In this document: positions 11,216 to 21,724 of the stretch, piece after piece | How the letters are laid out: each line of letters starts with the position of its first letter | How positions within the stretch are numbered: position 1 is the first letter of the stretch | Assembly: GCF_036321535.1 (NCBI RefSeq) | Contig: NC_087443.1 | Span: forward strand, 33,852,001-33,916,000 | Source: Camelus dromedarius | Taxonomy: Eukaryota | Direction: 5' to 3' | Length of the DNA stretch: 64,000 bases | Translations under genes and position numbers: made by a program | Notes under the pieces: generated by a model | What the model saw: only the letters and a program-made list of their open reading frames with translations | Database searches by the model: none | Told to the model about the DNA's origin: nothing

Positions 11216-14200
11216 GCCGGGAGGGGGGCGGCTTTCCACACTTGACCAGATTCTGCCCAGTTGTTCTTCAAAGGCGTTCACCACTCTTTACAAGGGAGGA
11301 AACTGAGGCTCAGAGAGAGGGCAGTGACCCTCTCAGAGTCCCCAAGGTCTGGGACGGATTACCAGTCCAGGGCCCTTCCGGGTGCGGCACACTGCCTGTC
11401 CGGAACCCTCCGTTTCCTTATTTTTATTTCTCTACAAATCTCCGCGACCACCCGGGTAGGCGTTATCAGAGCTGATCTAGGAGAAACACATTATCAGCGT
11501 CGTCCAGGAGGGCTGGGATCTGGAAATGCTTTTGGGAGGAAATGGGGAAGAAGTTAACTTTAGAGAACTCCCTAGGCAGCTCTAAAACTCAGAGCTGACA
11601 GCCTGGAGAGAAGAGGCACTTCCAGGGCAGGTGGGTTGGGGGGATGTTTTCTTAGCGGGCAGCACCTGGCTCCCTGCACTGTGGCCCTTCCCACGCCTGT
11701 TCCCTGACCCTCCCCTCCTTGTGAGGTCTGGGGGCTTCCTTACGTCTGGGTGCCCTCTCCAAGGCAACAGCCAGTCCTCCTCTGGAGCAAGCTGGGGCTG
11801 CAATGGGCCATAACCAGGGTGATGCATTAAGTTTCAAAAGACCTTTCTGGCTTCCGGGTGAAGAGGGATTGGAGGAGGTCAGTTAGGGGCTACAGCAGCG
11901 AGTAAGGTGAGAGATGGTGGCAGCCTGACAGGGTAATGCTGGTGGAGGTGGAAGGAACCAGCAGAGTGGGATCCTGAGACTCTGGGATCAGTGGGATGGG
12001 AGGGAAACAGTGGTGTCCAGGCGGACTCCCAGGGTCCAGCCCAGGTGTGGTGACGGTGCCATTCTCCAATTTCGTAGGCGGGGAATGTTCTCCCTGGCTG
12101 GAAACCCACAAAGGCTCCTCTCACTGTGTAAGCGCCTCACACTGAATATTGCTGTCAAGCAATACTGTAGAATCTAAATCAAATGGTTAATGATCATGTT
12201 TAAGGAGAACCCTTTGCAGGTGTGTACATCTTGGTCTGTTTTCACTTCTCATCTGAAGAGAAATTGCTTGTCCCAGTGGGTGGTTTTGCCTGGATTATAC
12301 ATTGAGCACACACACCAGGCATTATGTTAGCATAGTAACCAAATAGCAGAACTATGGTAGGAGAGGAGGACGGAAGGAGCTGCAGGGATGCTGTAGCCAG
12401 CCTGCAGGGGTGAAGAGTTCATCAGGTAGAAACAGAGAACAAAGGTATCAACAGCATGAGCGAGTGTGCACAGGTGAGATGCAGGGCAGGGCAGGTAAGT
12501 AGCCCAATTTTACTGAAAATGCAAAGGAGTACAGCACAGTGGGATACTGGATGGAGACTAGGCTGGAGCAATAAGGTGGGCTTATCATTGGGGTGGGGGG
12601 ATGTATAAGCACTAGGGAGCCACAGCTGCTTTTTGAGCAGAGGAGTAGAATTGACATAAGCCAGCAACCGATGGAGGGCAGTGGGCGCAGGAGAAGGGGA
12701 CACTGATGCTGCCACAATGGGTTGGAGCCCGAGTGTGTGGGAGGTCAGATGGGCCATGAGACAAGACTGCAAAGTCAGGAGGAAGAGGTGGGCTGGCGGC
12801 CTGGCCGGGTTGGGGTGGGGAGGGGAACGAAGCTGACACAGCATGTGAAAGCAAAACTAGGGAGAGTCTGAACTGAATAGGAGGGTCTCTTCCCAGAGTA
12901 GCCCTCAGGGATGCCTTTTAAGGAATAGCCAAGAATGACTCAGCATTAACCCATCAATTATTTGCATGTAAAGCACTGTTTCACAGGTATCTGAAAACAG
13001 TATTTCTTTAGTTTAAACGTTTTCCCTAAAATAGCCATCGGCTCTGCAGTCTTCTTTACCAATGGCACGAGAGGACATTTTGGTTTGAATTCTCCCCTTT
13101 CTGAGTTAGCCAAGTCCAAAAGGAGGAGAACCACAAAGAAAGGGGCGGGGCTATGGGTCTACTCTGCTGCGGCCTTGGGGAGGTGAAGGGGCCCAGTTTG
13201 GTATGAAGCTCTGCCCATAGGCCCTGCCCTTGTAAATGCCATGAGGCTGTTGGGGGCGAAATCTGGTGCCAGGACAAACAAGGCAAGGCTAGGCAAAGGA
13301 AAGACTTCAGGACGTGTGGACACCAGCTCTCACCACCTAGGGAAAATAACCAAGTCCAGAGAGGCACTTCCAACCTGGACACAAATAGCATCGCATGAGA
13401 AAATAAAGCTCTGTTCACAGAATCACAGACTTTGTTGCTGGAAGGGGCTTCTCTGCCGTCCAAGCCGTCCTCCACATCATTGCTAGTTAGTGATCTAGAA
13501 TATGAATTGGATCAGGTCACATGCCTGCTTCCCCAAACCTCCTCTGTCAGCACACCATCTCCGGTTGGGTAACAAAGCCAGGGCACAGGCATGGCTGCCC
13601 TTCACTTCTGCACCCACAGCAGACATCGTTAAGCGACTGCCACATTATCTTCTGAGCCTGGACCCGGCCTCAGAATCTGACTCAGCATAGCCTTGCAGGC
13701 AGCCATTACCAAACAACCACCACCCTCAGGATGACAACCGTTTGCCTCCCACTGAACAGAGAGAGCCAGGACTCCTCAGCCAGGCCCTTTGCTGTCTTTT
13801 TCCACCCATATTTTCCATCACTACTTCTAGGCTCCAGCTTCCTTCAACTGCTTCCCATTCCCAAACACACCTGCCCTTTTCTCACTCTCTGAGCCTTTGT
13901 CCGGGCTGTGACACAGCCTGGAATGCCCTCTCTGCAGACTGTTAGTCGCTCCTCAGAATCTGTTCTCTCACCTCCCATTGCAAAAAAATTGCATCTAGTC
14001 ACACAGCTGTCTAGCAAAACACACTTCCTGGCCTCCCTTGGACCTGGGGGTAACATGTGCTAAGTGCTGGCCAATGTGCTATGAGCAGAAGTAATGCATG
14101 TGGGTTTTTTTTGCTCCAAGTTACACTCTTAAGCGCTTGAACATATACTTCCCTGGGCTCCCTTCCTTTCACACTGGCCAGGGGATGGTAAGAACGAAGT

Positions 14201-16749
14201 CGCTGCCAGGGGTCCAGAGATGGAAGCCAAGTGATGAAGATGGCAGGTCAGCCTCCCAGCCTGGACCCCTGTCCTCTGGCCTGCTAAGGAAGAGTCCCCC
14301 ATACCCCCTGCTGGAGTCCCTGTATTTGGGGGTCTCTGGTTATGGTGGAAGCTGAGTCCATATTCTCACTATACGCCCTCCCACCTGCTTCCTGTCCCTT
14401 CCATCCACCCTCCAGTGCCACCTCCTCAGTGACGTTTTCCCGAAATCCCAGGCTCCTCTGGGATCCCCTGCACTTCGTGCACACTTCATAGTGGCACACC
14501 CTAAACCATGGCTGTGGCCCCTCCTACTAGCCTGGCTGGAGGCAACTCCTCTCCCCTTCACCCCTCCTCTGTACCAGTGCTGGCAATGGCGCTAATGCCC
14601 AAACCTGACCATTATCACCCCCATACCCCCGCTCTCAGCCTGGAGGTCAGTGCATGATTCTGGCCCACTCTTCCCCTTGGAGATGAAGCCCAGCCTGTGA
14701 AGAGATCTGCTCCAGCAGCTCAGTATGTCATGGCTCCCTGTGTGTGTGTGTGCAGCCGTGGCCCATCCCGCCTGCTGCCGGCCCCGCCCAGCCCCAGCGT
14801 GGCGGACCTGAAGTAGCTGCTTCCTCGCCGGCTGGAGCCCATATTGTCTCACTTCTCCTTTGTTACTGAGAACAGGGGCAGAGAATGGGGAGTCTCCCTG
14901 ATCTGTGTATTCTTCTCAAATGGCCTAGAAAGTCCCACAGTCTGTATATCTGTTCCCAGGGCCCTCCTCCTGTCCCACCAGACCACATGCTTTGCAAACA
15001 GCCCACACCTATTCCTCTGAACTTCTGGCCACTGTGACCCTTCAAACAAGGCCCGACCTCTGGCATCCCGTCCCAGGGCTGCATGCCCATCACTCCCCTG
15101 ACAATCAGTGCACGCAGCCCAGAAGCAGGATGCAGCCGGATCTCAGCCAGTAGATGGCTATTTTGGGACAGGGAGGATCCTGGGAGGATGCTGACGAGGT
15201 CAGAGTAGGAAGGGAAAGAGGTGGGTTTTCTGCCCACGATTATGTGTCCCAAGCCCTCTGGATGCTGCCCAGGGACCCAAGGCTGCCACAAGGAAGAACA
15301 CACCCACCACAGGGCTCCAGCCTCAGCCCAGCCGGCCACAGAGGCAAACTGGGGTCAGGCACGGGTCTGGGGCTCTAGACTCCTATCCCCATGGCCAAAG
15401 TGATCAGGACGAGTGTGTGTTTATTTGTTCAGTCCCAACAGCAAGTGATTTCAGCATCAGACAAGACTCAGAGCAGTCTTGGAGCCAGGGAAGTGTCAGA
15501 AACCAACTGGAGGTCAAATGGAGAACGCCAGAAAGAATCCAATCACCCAGGAACAATTAATAATGATAATTTGTGAACATTCATTGAGCATCTATTCTGT
15601 GCATGCACTACTATAGGGAACAATGTTAGGTGCTGGCAAGAAAAAGTGAACAATGCTTTGACTTTGGATGTGACACTTTAAAATTGTGTAAGTCCTGCAA
15701 GCAACAGGGGCCTTAAAGTGGTTCATAAAGCAGTTTATATACTCCAACCCGAAGGCAATAATTGGAGATGCGTGATTTAGGTGCAAGGAAAGAGGTGTTT
15801 TTCTCATGACTCTGGGGACTGTAAATATTTCAGAAGGCCAGAACTCCACTGTGTCTTTTTAGAGAGTTCTGGGGCAGGACATCCATCAATGCGAGGTGCT
15901 CAGTACCGTGCCGGGCACATAGTGGGTGCTCAGTGAGGGGCAACGGCAGTAACTGCTACTACTCAGAACAGGTTGGCAGGCACAGGGCCCAGGCTTTAGT
16001 GTGGAGGAGGTAACTTTACAACCTGGTGGGAAGCCTCAGGTTGGGCAGGGCTGGAGGAGGGGGCACGGTTCAGGAAGCCAGCAGGACTTAGCTTATCTTG
16101 GGAGATGCATTTTATTCTGCACTTCTCTTATCTGAGATGCCTCTGGGTAGCTCTCCAGTTCTTCTCTGCTGACTCTCCAAAAAGCTGGGAGAGCATCATA
16201 CTCTCTGGAATTCTTTAAATTCTATTGCTCACCTGGCTCTGCTCCATATTTCGGGCCAAGCAGACCTCTGGGGCACTCTCTAACACCCAGGACACTCCTC
16301 CCAGCTGCTCCTGCTCACCCTCCTCCCATCTGTCAGCCAGCTCAGTCCCCGCTGGTGGCCCTTCCACAGAGGGCCTGCCTGAAGCCCTTCCTCCTCCCAC
16401 CACTGCTGATAACGAGCTGCTGATGCTGCTTCACACTTTCTCCTCACCATCCAAGGCGGAGCACCCTTCCAGATCCTTCTTTCCTCCTCCCACATCCCTT
16501 CCCACCTCCCAACCTCTCAGGACCACCTGAGCCAGATTCTCCCAAGCACAAAATCAATACCCATTGGTTAGGTCCCCACTTTGATGGCAGCCAGGATGTG
16601 AGAAACCCAATCAGACCGGGAAGGGACAGGGATGTGCCCCCGACAGCAGGACACGTGTTTGGCAAGGATTTCAGTGCATCTTTAAAGTGCAAGAGGAATT
16701 GAGGAGCCAAAAAAAAACCAAAACCAAAAACAAAAAAACCCCACCATGC

Positions 16750-16965
16750 TTACTAGGAATTAGGGAAGTGCTAAGCACTCTCCACGATGATCTCACTGAA
16801 CCTCTACCACACACCAGCAAGGTGGGTATTATCCACATTATTCAGACAAGGCCACCAGGGCAGAGAGAGGTTAAATAATGCTCTGAAGGTCACACAGCTG
16901 GAACTAGTAAATATCAGAGCTGGAATTCAAACCTACATCTTCTGTGGTCCAGATCTACTGCCCAT
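16750..16965 (-). mobile_element. MIR SINE
   Basis: gtgctaagcactc...gagaggttaaataat...aaggtcacacagctg...gagctggaattcaaacc. Confidence 0.75.
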
Positions 16966-17975
16966 CACCAGCATTCTATACTTTGCGCAAAAAACAATTA
17001 CAACTGACCAAGAGTTATGAGGACAACAGACACAATGATTTGGAACATGGGAGGCCCCAGAAACCCGGGTGCACACAGTCGCTCTGCCCAGGCCCGGTCA
17101 CCCCACCCTCGCCTTCATCTCATCTCATTAATCTTGGCATTCTTTTCCCAAAAGCTATCCCAGATCCCAGGGCTCAATCTCCTGGGCCCTGAGGGAGGGA
17201 GCTTCCCAGGGCTTCTGGACACCCTTTTAATTAACCTAGACGACCCTCTTCTGACCAAGGCCAGCTGACTCCCATCACGGTCTCACCAGCTTCCAGGGCA
17301 GCACCTGAACTGTGACTCCCCACTGTGACTCAGCCTCCAGTGAATGTGGTCCCTCCATTTCCCACACACTCAGCATCTATCGGCCTCTCCTCCCTGGCTT
17401 GGGGACCCTGAGTGAGGCCCCTGTGTCCAGTGGAGGGCCTGCCAGAGAACCTAGGGAGGGTCCTGCTAAGTGGGGACCCAGGGCCCCCACTCCAAGCTGG
17501 CAGAGGCCCAGAGCAGGGCAAACCCTCTGTGGTTCCTTGAATGTGTCCCCTTGTCTCTCACGACCCTTGTTTGGAGCTTCCTCCCTCACCCCCAAAGGGG
17601 TGCAGCCCATTACTCATGCAAACATGGAAACTTGCTCATCTGTCATTTCTGTAGCTTAATAACAATGATCGGCAACCTGGAAAAGTCCTTCAGGACCGTG
17701 ACTTATTCACATTACTAACTGTGGATGATGTGGTTGAATCTGATGCCCAGCGTGGGGCCAAGCACAGAGCAGGGACTCAAGACACAGCTGCGACCAGAGG
17801 AGCAGACCCGGTGAGGAGCAGGCCGCACAACATAGAGCAAAGAGCACTGGAATCGTGTCTTTGGAAGGGATCTGCCTGTATGGGGTCAGAAAAGGCAAAA
17901 GCAGCCTCAGAGTCCAGATTAGACTGGCTAGCTTGATCACACCACATCGCCCTGCAGCCTTAAGCTTGTACACAA

Positions 17976-18008
17976 GTGTGAGTGTGAGTGTGTGTGTGTG
18001 TGTATGTG
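17976..18008 (+). repeat. Imperfect (GT)n microsatellite
   Basis: gtgtgagtgtgagtgtgtgtgtgtgtgtatgtg. Confidence 0.9.
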
Positions 18009-18476
18009 CAGCCTAGATACCAGACAGTCAACACATAGCCCCTGAGCCACCTAGCTGGGGCGGGCAAAGGTTTTACAATTGCAGGGTAATTCATTCATTC
18101 GGGTAACAAGCCCTTTTGAACATCTACTCTGTGCTAGGGGCTGGAGGCACAGCGGTGAAATACATGAGCCAAGTCCCTGCCCCTGGGGGCTCCTCTTCTC
18201 AACTCTGTGTAACATCTGACAGTTTTTCACACCCATTATCTTATCTGATTTCAGTTTGCACAATGTCAGGCCCATAGAAGAGCTGATGAATGAATGAATG
18301 TTTGAGTGAATATATGATGGCTGGGGGATGGGTGGGCCAATCACTGGGTCCATGGGAGGTAAACATCCATCTTCCAAATAAAAAGCATCGCTCTGAACAG
18401 GGTGTGGCAGGGCCACTGAGAGGGCCTCTGGTGTGTGTCCCCTGTCCTAGTCACCCCTTCACAGGGGTGTCCTTAC

Positions 18477-18546
18477 CTGGTGGGCAGTGACATCCTGGAG
18501 ACATCTTTGGGGCCTCCCGGCGCCTCCGAGAGTGGAGCTTCCATTT
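18477..18546 (-). CDS. COL13A1: COL13A1 exon 2 (70 nt; [23 protein letters not shown]+G; furin site RRRR, Cys117/Cys119)
   Basis: Continues exon 1 in frame. Flanked by a pyrimidine tract plus CAG acceptor (plus-strand ctg 18547-18549) and a GTAAG donor (18476-18472). Matches the known NC1 sequence. Confidence 0.97.
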
Positions 18547-19204
18547 CTGCACAAGGAGACAGAGACGAGGAGTCAGTGGGAGTTGTAAATGCCAAGCCCT
18601 GGAAAGCGGCGTGGGGCGGGCGGGGAGAAGGGGCGGCTTAGACGCTGGCAGGAGGACTGATCCTGCATCAAAGCCTGGCCACCGGGTGGCTGGGTAATGA
18701 GAAGCAGATGGAGAGGTCCCATCTTGGTAACCTCGGGGTCTGATGTCTTCACAGAGCTCTGAAAGAAATTAACCCCAAGCACAGGACCCTATAAAGCAGT
18801 TGTGGCCTTCCTGCGCCCGACACTCATGACACTCAGACACTCACGGCACAACCTGCTTTTCTCAGCTCTCTGCTAATTGTTTCCTGTCTAGGTCTGAGCT
18901 CCTGATGGATCTTGGGGTGGGGACAGTGACTTCTGTTCTTCTGTGTCCCTCACAGAGCCAAGCACAGGCAGGCCCTCTGCCCCTCCATCAAACCTCTTTT
19001 TCACCAGCTTGCAAATTCTGGAGCCAATCTGGAAGGCCTCAGAGAAGTAGCATGAAGCAGACTGAGTCACCTGCCCTCAAGAAGCTGCCATTTCGGTGGA
19101 GATGGACAGACAAGGACACACCTGTAAGCACCAGCACCTGGAAAGGGCAGGGTGCTGAGCGCCTCTGTCCTCACCACCACCCCAGGGGGCGGGTGTGGCA
19201 CATA

Positions 19205-19385
19205 CACACAGAGGTAACAGCCTGGCCTCTGGAGCCAGACTGCCTGGGCTCCTGTATTGTTCTGGGACCCTGAGCTGATAACAGTTCCAACCTCACTGGG
19301 TTACTGAGATGATCAAAGAGGTTGGTGCATAGAAAGAAAGGTGCCTGACACCCAGGAGGCGTCACTAAATGTTAGCTGTTATTAC
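19205..19385 (+). mobile_element. MIR SINE (internally deleted)
   Basis: ctctggagccagactgcctggg ... gtgcctgacacccaggaggcgtcactaaatgttagctgttattac. Confidence 0.65.
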
Positions 19386-19484
19386 ACTCATTTCATACGT
19401 GAAGGACCTGGACATGGAGAGGGGACTAACCTGGCCAAGGTCAGCAGGGGAGGAGGCTGGGATTTGGACCCCTCTCTCTGAAGC

Positions 19485-19790
19485 CAGTGTTGCAGTTAAA
19501 AGCTGGTAGCCCCAGAGCTAAATTGGCCCTTAGATGTATTTTATTTGGTTTCCACAGTGATTTTGTTTTTTGTTGAATTTGTTGCCAGTATTTTGAAGAG
19601 GCTGATTTCCCATGAAAGTCTGCATTTCTAACTTCTTTTAAAAACCTGGAAGACCTGGCCCCATGGGCCCTGTCCTATGGCTGGCTGTGATCGACTCTGT
19701 CCTGGGTACTGTGGTCACCACCCTGACATACTGACCAGTGAGGATGCCAGCTGGCTTCCCATAAGCATTTCCCCAGCAATTGCCTCCTCA
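19485..19790. mobile_element. MER102-like hAT-Charlie MITE
   Basis: aatttgttgccag...atttcccatgaaagtctgcatttctaacttcttttaaaaacctggaagacctgg...gggccc. Confidence 0.7.
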
Positions 19791-19999
19791 CTCCTATGTA
19801 GCTCTGTCACTCAAGGTGAGCCATGAGAGACATAAACAAAGTCTCATAGGAGGTGTCATAGGATTTGGTGTCACTGCTAGTTTGGCAGTGGAGAGAGAAG
19901 GTCAGGAAAGCTTCCTGAGGATTCATATCAAACTAATGTGTCTGCTGAGCTTCCCCACCCTGTCCCCGACCCCGTGTACTGAGCTGGGTACTTTCACAC

Positions 20000-20170
20000 A
20001 GGGAATCACATCTGTATTTCATAATCAAACCCTAAGGTAGGTTTAATAGTGATTTCATTTTTTGCTTAAGGAAAGTGAGGCTCAGAGAGGCTAAGTGACT
20101 TGCCCAAGGTCACACAGCCAGTCTGTGGTGGATCTAGGATGAGAACTCAGACCTTTTGATGCAAAGTCTA
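20000..20170 (-). mobile_element. MIR SINE
   Basis: ggaaagtgaggctcagagaggctaagtgacttgcccaaggtcacacagc. Confidence 0.85.
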
Positions 20171-20241
20171 CTCCATCTTGCTGGAGAAAAGTGTGTACAA
20201 ATTTCCCTGGGAGATAGAGCTCAGCGATAGTATGAGTGTAT

Positions 20242-20243
<2 letters not shown>

Positions 20244-20296
<53 letters not shown>

Positions 20297-20313
20297 TGTA
20301 TGTGTGTGTGTGT
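20244..20313 (+). repeat. Compound (GT)n microsatellite (~35 units, interrupted)
   Basis: Read directly. Confidence 0.98.
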
Positions 20314-20769
20314 TGGGGGAAGGGGCAGATAGTGTGTGTAGGGAGGGCAGAAGTAGGGGCTGGAGGTCAAAACATACAGAAGGAGGATGGGAGGAATGTC
20401 TCAAAGGGGAGCCCCTCACTCAGTAAGGGAAGCTGGCACACAAATTCTAAGTGGATGAATATTGAGGTGGACACAGAGGCCACTGGGCAAACAAATGATG
20501 TCCCAGGACAAGGTCTGGTGGAAGGCACTGTGATGTCCAGCTCTGAGCCTAGCTCACTGGTACAACTTTCCAGGAAGGCACCGTACATACCTACTTCCAC
20601 ATCCCTTCCCACAGACAACCTATGGGCTCTTCAAGGCGCTTATTTGTGGCTGTGCGTGGCACACGGTAGGCATGTGACACAAGTCTGCTAAATGACAGAG
20701 CCAGTCAATGCTGACAAGCCAAAGCCAGCTGAATGTGCAGCATTATGGCTACAGGGTTCAACCACTAGG

Positions 20770-21262
20770 GTTGTCACTCATTCAATAACAGCAAGATGTG
20801 AAGCACGGGTTCTACCCTGGAGCTGGAGAACGCAGCACAAAGTGGACAGGGGTCCTGCCCTCCTGGGCTCCCCTTCCACTGGAAGAGACAGACAACCAGA
20901 AACAAATGAATATACAATTCAGGCAATTACAAGTGCTATAGAGAGAAGTAAAGCAGGATAAGGGGACAGAGTGATGGAAGGTGGTATTTTAAACCCAGGG
21001 GCCAAGGAAGGTCTCCCTGTGCAGAAGACATATGAGCACAGAGCTGGTGGAAGTAAGGACATGAGTTGTGTAAAGATCTGGAGGAAGTGTGTTCCAGGCA
21101 GAAGGAACAGCAGAAGTGAAGGCTCTGGGACAGGACTGTGCATGGAATGTTTGAGGAAGAGGGAAGGGGGCAGTGCAGTGGGAGTGACTCAGGTGAGGAA
21201 GGAGGGATAGGAACGGGGCAGGAGGGCAGGTCTTCAGGGCACTGGCAGAGACTTTGAATTTA
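20770..21262 (-). mobile_element. L2 LINE 3' fragment
   Basis: gtcctgccctcctgggctc...gatctggaggaagtgtgttccaggcagaaggaacagc...gactttgaattt. Confidence 0.8.
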
Positions 21263-21289
21263 GCAGGACACAGATTCCTGACATTTCCA

Positions 21290-21724
21290 TGGCTTACCGA
21301 CAGCCCTAAAACTCCAGAGCTGGTACAGATGTGGGGTGAGCCACTTGAGTCTCCTGCTCAGGATCAGGCCACTTATCCTTAGCTGCCGGGTGTGTTGGCT
21401 GCTGATGGTCTAGCCCCTCTCCAGGGACCACTCTCAGCTGAAAAAATTGCCTTGACTGGGGTCACGCCCATTCCTCAGGCAACCCATATCCAATTACTTA
21501 TGGATACCGTCCTGGTCCCTGTGCCTCGATTTAGGACGGCTCTGATGGCCATCCCAGTGGCAGAGCCCCGGGGGACCAGCTGAGGCCTCTGTCATGACTG
21601 CATCACAGCTCAACCCTCTGCCCACCCCTGTTTCCCTCACCCTCTCTAACGTTGATCCCAGTAAGCCTCTTGCCCACACACCTCCATTTCAGAGCCTGTT
21701 TCTCTGGGAACCTGACCTAAGGCA
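21290..21724 (+). mobile_element. LTR16-like ERVL solo LTR (antisense to COL13A1)
   Basis: 3' end ctgcatcacagctcaac...gttgatcccag...ccatttcagagcctgtttctctgggaacctgacctaaggca. Confidence 0.7.

Larger units (their letters stand above)
1..18476 (-). other. COL13A1: COL13A1 intron 2 (partial, continues beyond window start)
   Basis: Starts with GTAAG after exon 2. No downstream Gly-X-Y exon or 8-nt Gly-Pro-Pro micro-exon recognised within the window. Confidence 0.8.

Noticed and set aside
1-18476. COL13A1 exon 3 (short Gly-Pro-Pro micro-exon) or other Gly-X-Y exons
   Set aside because: No AG-[GN CCN CCN]-GT pattern with a good pyrimidine tract was found by eye. As I recall, human intron 2 is much longer than the 18.5 kb present, so exon 3 probably lies outside the window.
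19179-19192. Second CTCF-like motif ACCCCAGGGGGCGG
   Set aside because: Mismatch at the first core C and at the 3' end; much weaker than the 38662 site.
20168-20691. ORFs with THTHTH / CVCVCV runs
   Set aside because: Translation of the (GT)n microsatellite.
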